Assembly (NCBI GenBank): GCA_046563655.1
Contig: CM102290.1
Coordinates: forward strand, 2,294,001-2,358,000
Length of the DNA: 64,000 bases
From: Yuukianura sp. NJ FZ-2021
Lineage: Eukaryota
Direction: 5' to 3'
Shown: positions 38,201 through 51,395 of the stretch, in pieces
Layout: each line of letters opens with the position of its first letter
Numbering within the stretch: position 1 is the stretch's first letter
Translations under genes and position numbers: made by a program
The notes under the pieces: model-generated
What the model was told of the DNA's origin: nothing
The model's input: the letters and a program-made list of their open reading frames with translations, nothing else
Databases searched by the model: none

Positions 38201-41200
38201 AGTTAAAAGTTTAGTAGGAAAATCACTCTTTTTTAAATAACATAATTCCAAATTCCAAAAAGTTAAAAGTTTAGTAGGAAAATCACTTTTTTAAATAACA
38301 TAATTCCAAATTCCAAAAAGTTAAAAGTTTAGTAGGAAAATCACTCTTTTTAAATAACATAATTCCAAATTCCAAAAAGTTAAAAGTTTAGTAGGAAAAT
38401 CACTCTTTTTAAATAACATAATTCCAAATTCCAAAAAGTTAAAAGTTTAGTAGGAAAATCACTCTTTTTAAATAACATAATTCCAAATTCCAAAAAGTTA
38501 AAAGTTTAGTAGGAAAATCACTCTTTTTAAATAACATAATTCCAAATTCCAAAAAGTTAAAAGTTTAGTAGGAAAATCACTCTTTTTAAATAACATAATT
38601 CCAAATTCCAAAAAGTTAAAAGTTTAGTAGGAAAATCACTTTTTTTAAATAACATAATTCCAAATTCCAAAAAGTTAAAAGTTTAGTAGGAAAATCACTC
38701 TTTTTAAATAACATAATTCCAAATTCCAAAAAGTTAAAAGTTTAGTAGGAAAATCACTTTTTTTTAAATAACATAATTCCAAATTCCAAAAAGTTAAAAG
38801 TTTAGTAGGAAAATCACTTTTTTTAAATAACATAATTCCAAATTCCAAAAAGTTAAAAGTTTAGTAGGAAAATCACTCTTTTTAAATAACATAATTCCAA
38901 ATTCCAAAAAGTTAAAAGTTTAGTAGGAAAATCACTTTTTTTAAATACCATAATTCCAAATTCCAAAAAGTTAAAAGTTTAGTAGGAAAATCACTCTTTT
39001 TAAATAACATAATTCCAAATTCCAAAAAGTTAAAAGTTTAGTAGGAAAATCACTCTTTTTAAATAACATAATTCCAAATTCTAAAAAGTTAAAAGTTTAG
39101 TAGGAAAATCACTCTTTTTAAATAACATAATTCCAAATTCCAAAAAGTTAAAAGTTTAGTAGGAAAATCACTCTTTTTAAATAACATAATTCCAAATTCC
39201 AAAAAGTTAAAAGTTTAGTAGGAAAATCACTCTTTTTAAATAACATAATTCCAAATTCCAAAAAGTTAAAAGTTTAGTAGGAAAATCACTCTTTTTAAAT
39301 AACATAATTCCAAATTCCAAAAAGTTAAAAGTTTAGTAGGAAAATCACTCTTTTTAAATAACATAATTCCAAATTCCAAAAAGTTAAAAGTTTAGTAGGA
39401 AAATCACTCTTTTTAAATAACATAATTCCAAATTCCAAAAAGTTAAAAGTTTAGTAGGAAAATCACTCTTTTTAAATAACATAATTCCAAATTCCAAAAA
39501 GTTAAAAGTTTAGTAGGAAAATCACTCTTTTTAAATAACATAATTCCAAATTCCAAAAAGTTAAAAGTTTAGTAGGAAAATCACTCTTTTTAAATAACAT
39601 AATTCCAAATTCCAAAAAGTTAAAAGTTTAGTAGGAAAATCACTCTTTTTAAATAACATAATTCCAAATTCCAAAAAGTTAAAAGTTTAGTAGGAAAATC
39701 ACTCTTTTTAAATAACATAATTCCAAATTCCAAAAAGTTAAAAGTTTAGTAGGAAAATCACTCTTTTTAAATAACATAATTCCAAATTCCAAAAAGTTAA
39801 AAGTTTAGTAGGAAAATCACTCTTTTTAAATAACATAATTCCAAATTCCAAAAAGTTAAAAGTTTAGTAGGAAAATCACTCTTTTTAAATAACATAATTC
39901 CAAATTCCAAAAAGTTAAAAGTTTAGTAGGAAAATCACTCTTTTTAAATAACATAATTCCAAATTCCAAAAAGTTAAAAGTTTAGTAGGAAAATCACTCT
40001 TTTTAAATAACATAATTCCAAATTCCAAAAAGTTAAAAGTTTAGTAGGAAAATCACTCTTTTTAAATAACATAATTCCAAATTCCAAAAAGTTAAAAGTT
40101 TAGTAGGAAAATCACTCTTTTTAAATAACATAATTCCAAATTCCAAAAAGTTAAAAGTTTAGTAGGAAAATCACTCTTTTTAAATAACATAATTCCAAAT
40201 TCCAAAAAGTTAAAAGTTTAGTAGGAAAATCACTCTTTTTAAATAACATAATTCCAAATTCCAAAAAGTTAAAAGTTTAGTAGGAAAATCACTCTTTTTA
40301 AATAACATAATTCCAAATTCCAAAAAGTTAAAAGTTTAGTAGGAAAATCACTCTTTTTAAATAACATAATTCCAAATTCCAAAAAGTTAAAAGTTTAGTA
40401 GGAAAATCACTCTTTTTAAATAACATAATTCCAAATTCCAAAAAGTTAAAAGTTTAGTAGGAAAATCACTCTTTTTAAATAACATAATTCCAAATTCCAA
40501 AAAGTTAAAAGTTTAGTAGGAAAATCACTCTTTTTAAATAACATAATTCCAAATTCCAAAAAGTTAAAAGTTTAGTAGGAAAATCACTCTTTTTAAATAA
40601 CATAATTCCAAATTCCAAAAAGTTAAAAGTTTAGTAGGAAAATCACTCTTTTTAAATAACATAATTCCAAATTCCAAAAAGTTAAAAGTTTAGTAGGAAA
40701 ATCACTCTTTTTAAATAACATAATTCCAAATTCCAAAAAGTTAAAAGTTTAGTAGGAAAATCACTCTTTTTAAATAACATAATTCCAAATTCCAAAAAGT
40801 TAAAAGTTTAGTAGGAAAATCACTCTTTTTAAATAACATAATTCCAAATTCCAAAAAGTTAAAAGTTTAGTAGGAAAATCACTCTTTTTAAATAACATAA
40901 TTCCAAATTCCAAAAAGTTAAAAGTTTAGTAGGAAAATCACTCTTTTTAAATAACATAATTCCAAATTCCAAAAAGTTAAAAGTTTAGTAGGAAAATCAC
41001 TCTTTTTAAATAACATAATTCCAAATTCCAAAAAGTTAAAAGTTTAGTAGGAAAATCACTCTTTTTAAATAACATAATTCCAAATTCCAAAAAGTTAAAA
41101 GTTTAGTAGGAAAATCACTCTTTTTAAATAACATAATTCCAAATTCCAAAAAGTTAAAAGTTTAGTAGGAAAATCACTCTTTTTAAATAACATAATTCCA

Positions 41201-42782
41201 AATTCCAAAAAGTTAAAAGTTTAGTAGGAAAATCACTCTTTTTAAATAACATAATTCCAAATTCCAAAAAGTTAAAAGTTTAGTAGGAAAATCACTCTTT
41301 TTAAATAACATAATTCCAAATTCCAAAAAGTTAAAAGTTTAGTAGGAAAATCACTCTTTTTAAATAACATAATTCCAAATTCCAAAAAGTTAAAAGTTTA
41401 GTAGGAAAATCACTCTTTTTAAATAACATAATTCCAAATTCCAAAAAGTTAAAAGTTTAGTAGGAAAATCACTCTTTTTAAATAACATAATTCCAAATTC
41501 CAAAAAGTTAAAAGTTTAGTAGGAAAATCACTCTTTTTAAATAACATAATTCCAAATTCCAAAAAGTTAAAAGTTTAGTAGGAAAATCACTCTTTTTAAA
41601 TAACATAATTCCAAATTCCAAAAAGTTAAAAGTTTAGTAGGAAAATCACTCTTTTTAAATAACATAATTCCAAATTCCAAAAAGTTAAAAGTTTAGTAGG
41701 AAAATCACTCTTTTTAAATAACATAATTCCAAATTCCAAAAAGTTAAAAGTTTAGTAGGAAAATCACTCTTTTTAAATAACATAATTCCAAATTCCAAAA
41801 AGTTAAAAGTTTAGTAGGAAAATCACTCTTTTTAAATAACATAATTCCAAATTCCAAAAAGTTAAAAGTTTAGTAGGAAAATCACTCTTTTTAAATAACA
41901 TAATTCCAAATTCCAAAAAGTTAAAAGTTTAGTAGGAAAATCACTCTTTTTAAATAACATAATTCCAAATTCCAAAAAGTTAAAAGTTTAGTAGGAAAAT
42001 CACTCTTTTTAAATAACATAATTCCAAATTCCAAAAAGTTAAAAGTTTAGTAGGAAAATCACTCTTTTTAAATAACATAATTCCAAATTCCAAAAAGTTA
42101 AAAGTTTAGTAGGAAAATCACTCTTTTTAAATAACATAATTCCAAATTCCAAAAAGTTAAAAGTTTAGTAGGAAAATCACTCTTTTTAAATAACATAATT
42201 CCAAATTCCAAAAAGTTAAAAGTTTAGTAGGAAAATCACTCTTTTTAAATAACATAATTCCAAATTCCAAAAAGTTAAAAGTTTAGTAGGAAAATCACTC
42301 TTTTTAAATAACATAATTCCAAATTCCAAAAAGTTAAAAGTTTAGTAGGAAAATCACTCTTTTTAAATAACATAATTCCAAATTCCAAAAAGTTAAAAGT
42401 TTAGTAGGAAAATCACTCTTTTTAAATAACATAATTCCAAATTCCAAAAAGTTAAAAGTTTAGTAGGAAAATCACTCTTTTTAAATAACATAATTCCAAA
42501 TTCCAAAAAGTTAAAAGTTTAGTAGGAAAATCACTCTTTTTAAATAACATAATTCCAAATTCCAAAAAGTTAAAAGTTTAGTAGGAAAATCACTCTTTTT
42601 AAATAACATAATTCCAAATTCCAAAAAGTTAAAAGTTTAGTAGGAAAATCACTCTTTTTAAATAACATAATTCCAAATTCCAAAAAGTTAAAAGTTTAGT
42701 AGGAAAATCACTCTTTTTAAATAACATAATTCCAAATTCCAAAAAGTTAAAAGTTTAGTAGGAAAATCACTCTTTTTAAATA
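35219..42782. repeat. 59-bp tandem satellite array, right part (~128 monomers), same orientation as left part
   Basis: Same unit resumes at TAACATAATTCC right after the LINE 5' end and stops abruptly at ...CTCTTTTTAAATA|CTAACATT. Confidence 0.99.
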
Positions 42783-43629
42783 CTAACATTTGGACACTGG
42801 GGATAGTTGACTGATCCGTAAGTAGCAATAAGAAATGAGATAATTGTACGCTTTAAAACATTTCAATGTTACGGGTTTTTAAAAAAAATTGTCAAAACTA
42901 GATATTGTCAAAATACAGTAAAAAATTGCAATTTTCCAAACCTTCAGCCCATGTTAAGCTTAATTTTCTGAAATTTTCCTGGAATCACTGAAATATTGAT
43001 CTAAATATTTAATTTTTTTTGTTAAATATTTAATATTTTGCATCAATATTTCATATTTTTGATTTCTTTGAAATATTTATAAAAAAAAGTAAAGAAATAT
43101 TTAATATTTAAGAAAATATTTTTTCAATGTATAGATAGATTTTATTAGGCATAAGATACCTTTCAGAAATTAATTTGCCTTGGTACTACTGACTCAGAAA
43201 ATTTCATTTAGGTAGTTGAAATATTTTACATTGTGGAAACCAAATTATATTCTAAGTACTATCTCAAAGACGGCTGAAGATTGCGTAATATGTGGACTTG
43301 TTTGGCAATGGTGCAGGTGCAGTATAGCAAGTGTTAAGGGAGACATTGGATATACCTAATTTGATTTTTACTATATGCATATCTCATTGCTTTTAGCATT
43401 GGATGGAATTGGAGGTAAAACATTAAACTGAGGGAAAGATCTCTTGATTTTTGTTAGTGTTTACTTTTAGGTTTTATTAGAGCTCGCTAGACGCACTAAT
43501 AACGGGTAATCTTATAATTGAATCGATAATTAGTTACGTACTAATCTGATCCTATGGTGACCAGTAAACACGGAGCTAACAACATTCCTTCTAGGTTTTG
43601 CATTTTCCAAGGTCTAAAAATTCGGAGTC

Positions 43630-46619
43630 ATGGGTGATCACATTGACCAAGGAGAACCTATTGAGCCATCTCTGGAAGCGGAGTAAGTTATTGTCAATTA
43701 GTTTAGGTTGGGTTAAAAGTTGTCGACAACTTCTCCGTAACTGTATGGATATTGAATACAATTTAATTTAGCTAGTTCTTCTATTTTTAGGTCAACTGGA
43801 TTAGCTACTGAAGGGTCTCCTAACAATGTGAAAGTCGTTTATCCGGTTTTGAGAGAACTTAATCCCAACGCTAAGCCATTTCGTTTTCGTACCGTCAAAG
43901 ATGAGTTACGATACCGCCTGCTTGGACGTGGAGAAGAATCCTCCGCTAATCCTCCTGGACCGGGAAGTTTGGCTGGTGCTACGTCAGTGGTGAACGGTAC
44001 AAATTACAAGGAATTGTTTCTAGTCGGTATCAATTAACACTTTGTTTTATGACACATTGTTCTCTTCCATTTGACATAAAGGTGAAGGAGCACAGGAGGA
44101 AATAGGGGCAATTGGAGGCAGTTTACCAAGAACCAGTAGCAACTCCCGGATAAACCATAATGATTCTTCAGAAGAGGAATACTTCTTTGGAAAACTTGGG
44201 AGGTCAAAAGGTTAACGACTTTGTGAATTGGCATATAAACTCGTTCAAATTCCATCTTTAACAACTGGATTGTACATTCAGGACTTCCTTATTACTTACC
44301 GTTAGGGGAACCTCCAACTCCGTACGTATGGACTCCTTATAGTACCCATCGTATTGTAAGTTTCTGGTTTTAGAAACACATTTAAGATTGAGCCAACCAA
44401 GATTATTTTGTCTCCTAAGCAGTTCCAGCAACCTGCCCCTGGAAACTACGTCTCTGCTCGTCCACAAGAAGATTCTGTCAACAATATGCCAGGAGCACCG
44501 TGGAGCGGTGGGTTTGACAATCGTCATTTGCATTCCCTAAGCTCAACTGAAATGCTGCAGAGGATCAACAGCAAATTAGAAGAACATTCTTACTTCCAGA
44601 GTCGATGTGCTCGATACATGTTCTATTTGAATCAAAAACTGAACGAGGCAAGTGGGTTACTGTCAATCACTCTTATAACATTGGAAATCTTATTTATTGG
44701 AAATCATATAACATTTACCAACCGTAACTATATGAATTTTCACTTTGCAGGTTTCCACACGCTTAGACGTTGTTGATGAAAGACGCGGAGATGTCAACTC
44801 TTCCGTTGGCGCAGAATTTCGTGAGCCGGAGTTACTCAATTACTGGAAAAATTTTGGTTCCGCAGGGAGTAAAGCCTATTATGGTCGGCAACCACCAGAC
44901 AACGAATTCTGGCAAGGCGAAACTGGTTTCAATGCTACAATGTCTGCTGCTCCAACCCAAGAGTCTTATGCAGTTGGGACTGAGACGTTGATGAACAACA
45001 ACCTGATGTTGAACAACAAAGTTCCTCCCGGATCAAGGGCAAATAACTTTTACGACAACTTCCGCAGGTTACAACCAAACTTAAGGCGGACAGTATTTAG
45101 TTTGTTAGTATTTACTTACAGTTTTTTTTTTTACGTTTCAGTTATACACAGCAGAACATGTTGTCTATTCCTAAGAATATTCCGCCAGGGGGACTGGGGT
45201 CATCTGCCGCTGCTGCTACTAACTGGTACCCACCATCGGCCGAGTCTCGTCAACGGGAGGTTTCCACCACATCCTCTGGAAATACTCTCCGAAATTCTGG
45301 AAATCAAAGGAATTCATTTGCTCGAACTGAGTTCGTTGAGAATATTGGCACAAAATTGAGGAATCAAGAGAACGAAGCGCAGCCCAGACCTCCACCACAG
45401 CAGGAGAGTAAGTTTTCCACGGTTACAGCCGTTGCAAATTGCAACTTGCAATTTCAAATCACACTTTGTTTGGTATTGCAGCAGCAAGGGCTCGGAAGAA
45501 CGACACAGCAGGGACTAGTGGTATTGGAAGATCTTCGCGGAGGAGGGAATCAGCAGGAACATCCGTTTTTGAAGCGTAAGATAAATATAAAGCCTTTGCA
45601 CATTTGATTGATTTATGCATGTACACCCCATTCTCTAAATAAGAAACTAAAAACCTCAACCTCAGCCCTTTCTCCATTTCTTGTCGTGGGCCTCAGTGAG
45701 GCTTCCTTTAACGCCGCACTGAGGCCTCATTGAAAAGAAATGGAGAAAGGTTTGAGGTTTTTAGTTACTTATTTACAGAATGCACTGCAACTTTATATGG
45801 TTGTCCTATTTCAATTTTAGTGGCGTCGAGGGAGATGAAACGGCCAGATCCATTATCGATGTCATTTCTGTATTCCTTGAAAACAACGGTGATTACCCAG
45901 ACTTCATTTTCTCGTTGTTTGAGAAGCTTGGCAACATCCGCTCCGATTCAGACAGAAACAGGGTCCTGTCCATGTTCAGTCAATTGATTCCGAACTCTCC
46001 AAGTGCTGCAGCACCCGTCAAAGGAACTCGAATGTCAATTCCGTCAGTTGCAGATCCTTTGATATCCCATGAGCTACAGGGCCAAGCAGCCTCACTCAAC
46101 TACAATGAACAATCCTCTTCTTCTCGTCAATCCTCGGCTTCTAACACTTCTCGCCGTAGCAACCAAGCAACGAAACAAACTGAACTTGAAGGAAGGCAAA
46201 ACATTCGGCCAGGGCAAGGACTCTTTGGAGACAAATCCTCTGGAACAGCATCAGCGAGTGGGCAGTCTTTGCAGCGATCTGTGACCGAGTCCATGGTGCC
46301 TCTTGGTCCAAACCAGGATGAACCAATGCTGCAGAAGAGCTGCTGGGCACCTACGTTGGGTGCAGACGACGGTTGGGCCAACTGTCGCAAGGAATCTTCA
46401 ATGGTGACTTCATTTTTTTTTATCATGTAGTACTTACTAGTCCTCAATGTAGAATACTTATTTTGGTTTGACTTTTAGGAGCTGAATAACAAGGACTCGT
46501 GGTTTCTGAAGTCTGGGACAAATGAGACTGCTGCCGCTGCCAGTAGTCCTGCTGCAGCAGCAGCACCGCCGCTCGAATATGGTCCACCCGTGATTGATGT
46601 AAGTTTTTTAGATGACTGA
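43630..46619 (+). CDS. Multi-exon gene (~10 exons, roughly 700 aa), PCM1 (pericentriolar material 1)-like
   Basis: Spliceable frame from ATG 43630. The motif LNNKVPPGSRANNFYDNFR|SYTQQNMLS across intron 45069-45141 and IIDVISVFLENNGDYPDFIFSLFEKLGNIRSDSDRNRVL resemble conserved PCM1-family segments (from recall, not searched). AATAAA at 46831. Confidence 0.6.
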
Positions 46620-47996
46620 TCTTGAAACTAACTCAATACCATGATCCTGCGTAAAAGCCTGCACTGCCTCCTCCTCCGCCTGCCTCCGTCCAGTCCATCC
46701 AAACGCTTGTCACTCACTCAAGATCTTTACCTCTGCTTTTTAGTACGTAGTGCCTTATTTTTCAGTAGTTTTTGCAATTATGAGTTCTTTCCTGGCCTGG
46801 GTCACTTGCAATCTATTTCTATATATTTATAATAAAAATTTAAGTGTTACTTTAATGTTATTTTTTTACATGTCCAGTCTGACTCAAATGAGGACTGAAA
46901 ACGATTGATCCGGGTCCTGATTTATTCCATTTCCACTGCAATCACGAACACTAAATCAACACCATGTAAAATGGGAGTGCAGATTACCAACGATTTTAGT
47001 ATAACAATTTAAAGTTAGTTGGTTTTGGCTTCGACTTAATTTGAAACCTTAAGTCTAGGCCCAATCATGTTTTGTAAAGGTTTGTGAACTACGTAATTGT
47101 TATGCCTGTTATTTATTTTATTCCATTCTAAGTTATTTGTTAATTTATTTATTATTTATGGGGAGTGATCGGAGCGATAGTTCGGAAGTTTTGTCGCTAA
47201 GTAACTATGGTTTTAAACATTAAGTTAGTATTTTAAACACTACGCATTGGGTATTAAATGTCTACGTTAACGTTGAATCTAACTATCAGCCAATGGAAGT
47301 TAACTAATTAAGTTAAAATTGTGGTATAAACCCAGAATTTCGTTGGGGGAACGACATGACTTTTTAGTCGCTCTCGCACATGCGTAAAGCGTAATAAAAC
47401 AAATTTGAACGTTAACTTTTCTTTTGGTTGTCTATTTTTTCTTCTCATCACTGGCAAATTACTGCTAATACTAGATAGATGGAAATGAGGTAGTGATGAT
47501 GTGATGAAGAATTTATAACTTATACATATCAAAAACTGTTCATGAAATAATTAAATGTTTGCTGCCTATTGTTTTAAACTTTTGTCTCAATTTATGTGAC
47601 TTTTGCGTTTGTGAGATTTTGATGTAGTTTGAATTTCCCCCTCTCCGCCAGGAATACGGTCAGCTGATTGGTGGAGGCGGATGAGTGGGAGACAGCAGTG
47701 GAAGGCTGTAAACATTTAATTTTTCCTTCATTCTCTTGGGAACTGTCGGAGTGGAAGGTTGTTGACCTCGTTTCATCCTGCTTTTTCTCGGAGGTGAAGA
47801 CTTCTGGGAGAACTTGACATTCAGACACTCAGATACTATCCCTTTGCCGGTGATCAATTCGGGGTAGCTAACTGGTGGACGACAAACCTACGTTTTGGTA
47901 AGTGATTGGATACTCTATTAACAATGGTTTACAAGATATGGAGGGTTGCTACAACTGATCAGTCATTTTCGTTTTTAGTGAAACACTGACCTGACT

Positions 47997-48982
47997 ATGG
48001 ACGGTGAAGAAGAACAGGGACAGGTTCCTCCTCAGGATAACAACGAAGGTGACATGGACATGGAAGGTGACGTTGGTACAGACGATGGCAACTCGGCTGT
48101 GTACTATCCACTGGTGCAGTATCCTCGCTTGGAGACCAATGGACTCGGGGTCCAAGAGTGGCACTACCATGCTCGCCGCAGTTGTCAAGAAATTATTCCT
48201 GGTCTCTACTTGGGTTCGTTGACCGTTTGTTCAGTTTGACAAAGCTGTGGTAATCATCATGAAAATGTGTTTTTAGGGCCTTACTCCGCTGTGACGAAGA
48301 ACTCTCGTGAAAATCTTGCGAACATGGGGATCACCCATATTGTTTGTGTCCGAAGTCCAGTTGAAAGTGCAGTCATCCGAACTAATCATCCCGAGTCATT
48401 TCAATATCTCGTTGTCGAAATTAATGGTAAGGTAACGGCTTCATAATAAATTTTGAAAGAGGTTATGATTGGTTTTGTTTTGTCGGTTAGATTCACCCTT
48501 CCAGGGCATCATTCCTGAGATCAAGCGAGTCATTACTTTTCTGGATGGGTGCTTCAGCAATGGCGGGAAGGCATTGGTCCACGGAACTGTGGGCTTGACT
48601 CGATCTGCAGCCATGGTTGTCGGCTACGTCATGTGGCGGTGAGCTTTTCTAATACTATGAAAAATCATACTATAATAAACTGAACAAAGTCTTTCTTTTT
48701 AGGTACGGCGTCACTGCTAAGGAAGCCAAGAACTACGTCCAAAGTAAACGCTTCTGCGTTAACGTCACTGAGCACTTCATGAATCAACTGGTTGACTTCG
48801 AGGCCTGCGTTCGGGCGATGCATGACGTACCGGCCAGTTGCAGCGGAGCTCAAAATCCACACAAGCGTCAGAACGAGGGAGACGGGGACGACGATGACGA
48901 AGGAAGAGACAACGGTGGCAAACGACATGCAGGAGAAGTCGAATCAAGTGAAGTCAACATGGCCAACCCTGTGGCCATGTAA
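47997..48982 (+). CDS. STYX: Serine/threonine/tyrosine-interacting protein (STYX pseudophosphatase), 4 coding exons
   Basis: EWHYHARRSCQEIIPGLYLG|PYSA...GITHIVCVR...GGKALVHGTVGLTRSAAMVVGYVM...KRFCVN...FMNQLVDFEA. This is a DUSP fold with Gly in place of the catalytic Cys (HGxxGxxRS), diagnostic of STYX. Confidence 0.9.
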
Positions 48983-49283
48983 TGCGCAAGTAATCTCAGA
49001 CACTACAAGCAATCAAATCACTATACACACATTCTAAATAATAATCAAAATAATCCTAATTGAAATTGAAACCAATTAAAAATGTTAGTATAAGGTAAAA
49101 CGACACTGTGTTCCTCCTGAGAGGTAAGACTGTTCCTCCTCAAAGAGTATTAGTTAACTTTGTTATTATATTTTTTACGTTAACTTTAATAAAGTGGATC
49201 TCGTCAACTGCACAAATTGTAACCGTTTTAGTTGTATTTTGATTTATTGGATCCGTAAGTTAGATTAAAAAGGATGACACTGC

Positions 49284-50001
49284 CTAATCTTCCTGTTCCA
49301 CTGTCGTTTTCTCTGAGACGTAGAGACCATCCAAGAACTTACGGATATCCTTGTTCTTCACTGTGGTAGACTGTTGAATCAGAGCGGCTAAAAACGAAAG
49401 AGTCAATTGATTCGGTGACCTCGTATGACATAATTAGTTAATGTTGATTATGAACTTACCGGAACGAGATACAGCTTCTAGAGAATTACCCTCAAGGATC
49501 AGTTCATCCTTCTGTTTCTGAGAGTTGACAACGGTGACACCCTTTGACATTCGGACTTGTCGGATGTACTTCTCTCCAAGGAAGTTTCGCACCTCAATCA
49601 ATGAGTTGTTTTCAGTAGTGACACAGTTGATTGGAAAGTGAGCGTATACGCTACGCATTTTGTATTGAAATCCCTGTAGCAAGTAAATAAATTACATAAA
49701 TAAGGTGTTAAGTGCGAACCAATAATGATTAACGTTTAAATTAACTTACCTTAGTGACACCTTTGATCAAGTTCTCAATGTGAGAGCAGACAGTTCGTAC
49801 AGCAGCAATTTCCTTCTTAGTTCCAAACCATTTCTCGACCTTCAGTGTCTTCTTGTCCACAACGTTGATGTCAATGGACAAGTGACGGAAGGCTCTACGC
49901 AGAACTCCTCTTGGTCCTCGCACAACAACTCTCCTACCCTTGGCAGACACGATGACTCCATCAGGGATTTTGACAGTCTGATTAATTACGATCTGCTTCA
50001 T
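49284..50001 (-). CDS. RPL9: 60S ribosomal protein L9 (uL6), 3 coding exons
   Basis: [16 protein letters not shown]...GPRGVLRR...[43 protein letters not shown]...[10 protein letters not shown]...|[26 protein letters not shown], with GT-AG introns. Confidence 0.97.
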
Positions 50002-50167
50002 GATTACCTTTAAACAAAGAGAAAAACAATTTAAACCACAACCATACCTAGGGGAAAATATGTTCAAACAAAACTAAATCCTACACAACTCACTTGTATC
50101 AAAATCTATAGATCCCTATACTTTAGTCACTAACCAATTAACTCAACTTAATATTGTAGTGCTTACC

Positions 50168-50255
50168 TCGTGGGATAACCTAGGTCACCAAAACGTTGAT
50201 CAGTCTGGTGCCAAACTAACGAAACCTTGACTTGTTTAGAAGAGTTGAACTGAAT
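50168..50255 (-). promoter_or_regulatory. Probable RPL9 start region and non-coding first exon
   Basis: Minus strand TTCAGTTCAACTCTTCT (Inr/TCT-like pyrimidine start), then a strong donor GAG|GTAAGC near 50167 and an acceptor just before the ATG. Confidence 0.5.
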
Positions 50256-51395
50256 TTAATTTGTACAGGAGTTTACATGAGCATGCCGCTAGTACAGGGG
50301 CGACTGGCCAAAAAACCTCATTGGGTGATTCTGCATGTGGGTTACGGAATTTACCGCATGGTTATTTGGCTCTATTCGGAATTTACCGGCAGTTTTTAAC
50401 TTGACATACTTTTCACCCATTTGTTTCACACAAAGACATGGGAAATTATGCAGCAAGTGAGGCTGGTTTTTAACAAAATGAAAGTACATATGTGTTTAAA
50501 GTGAAATAGATTTTACACCGCACCTTTTAGCACGGAAAATCTATGAATCATAGGTGTTAAAAGCAAATTAAATGTAAAGATCAAAGAGAATCAAATACAA
50601 TCATGTAAGTACATTACAATTACGTAACGAAACGTATTTAAGTATTTTCAGCAAAAACAAGATGAAAGGCTATACAACTTTTACTATTCATGTCAACGAA
50701 TTATGGTTCAATCCGTTTGGCCAATTTTGTTTTAATAACCGGTTAACCGTACCGCGCTTATTTTGTACCACTGTGCGTCAATTTATTATGAAACTGGTGA
50801 GTGTTAAAAGTTGCTTTTGTGAGATGAGAGATGTCGGTGCATACACAATGTTAAAGAACTTCGAAATGAAGCATTTTTTTTAATTCATTGAGGTGTTATT
50901 GCCTGCTTATACAGGGTACTTTCAGAATAAATAAACTAAACTAAACTAAATTAACTACGTTTACTTCACTTTCATTTAGTACTTGTTACATTTATTTCTT
51001 AAGTTAAGTTATGGTCATTCTTTATAAACGTCAAGATTTGCAAGTATGAGGGTTGTAAACTTCAATGTATGCAAACTTTAAAGTTTCGATAAAAATTAAC
51101 AAATCAATTTCTAATTACTAACTAAGGAAGAGCGTAACTTTACATTTAGGATTCTATTAGATGTGCCAAATGCCCAGCTGCGTCGTGGGTGAAGTACCGA
51201 TCATTTGTTTTTTTTTAAATTGTGTAAACTCCCGCCAAGTAGAGACTACTTACGGGTGCCTGTCTTGAGCACTGAATTTCTAGATTTTTCTTTTCCTTTT
51301 GTAATTTTAGTTTCATTGATATTAATTAGAATAATTAACGTAAATTGAACTAATTACTTTCATCTGGGGAAGAAAAGAAATCGATCTTAACTGAA

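Noticed and set aside
1..42782. CRISPR-like or telomeric array
   Set aside because: There are no unique spacers and the context is eukaryotic. TTAGTAGG only superficially resembles TTAGG; the unit is a 59-bp satellite.
48570..48610. Missing catalytic Cys in the phosphatase as a sign of pseudogenisation or novelty
   Set aside because: Cys-to-Gly is the normal, known state of STYX.
51355..51390. Minus-strand TTCTTTTC as a distal RPL9 TCT promoter overlapping the CHORDC1 start
   Set aside because: A closer start-like sequence with a strong donor exists at ~50168-50255, and there is no other support.
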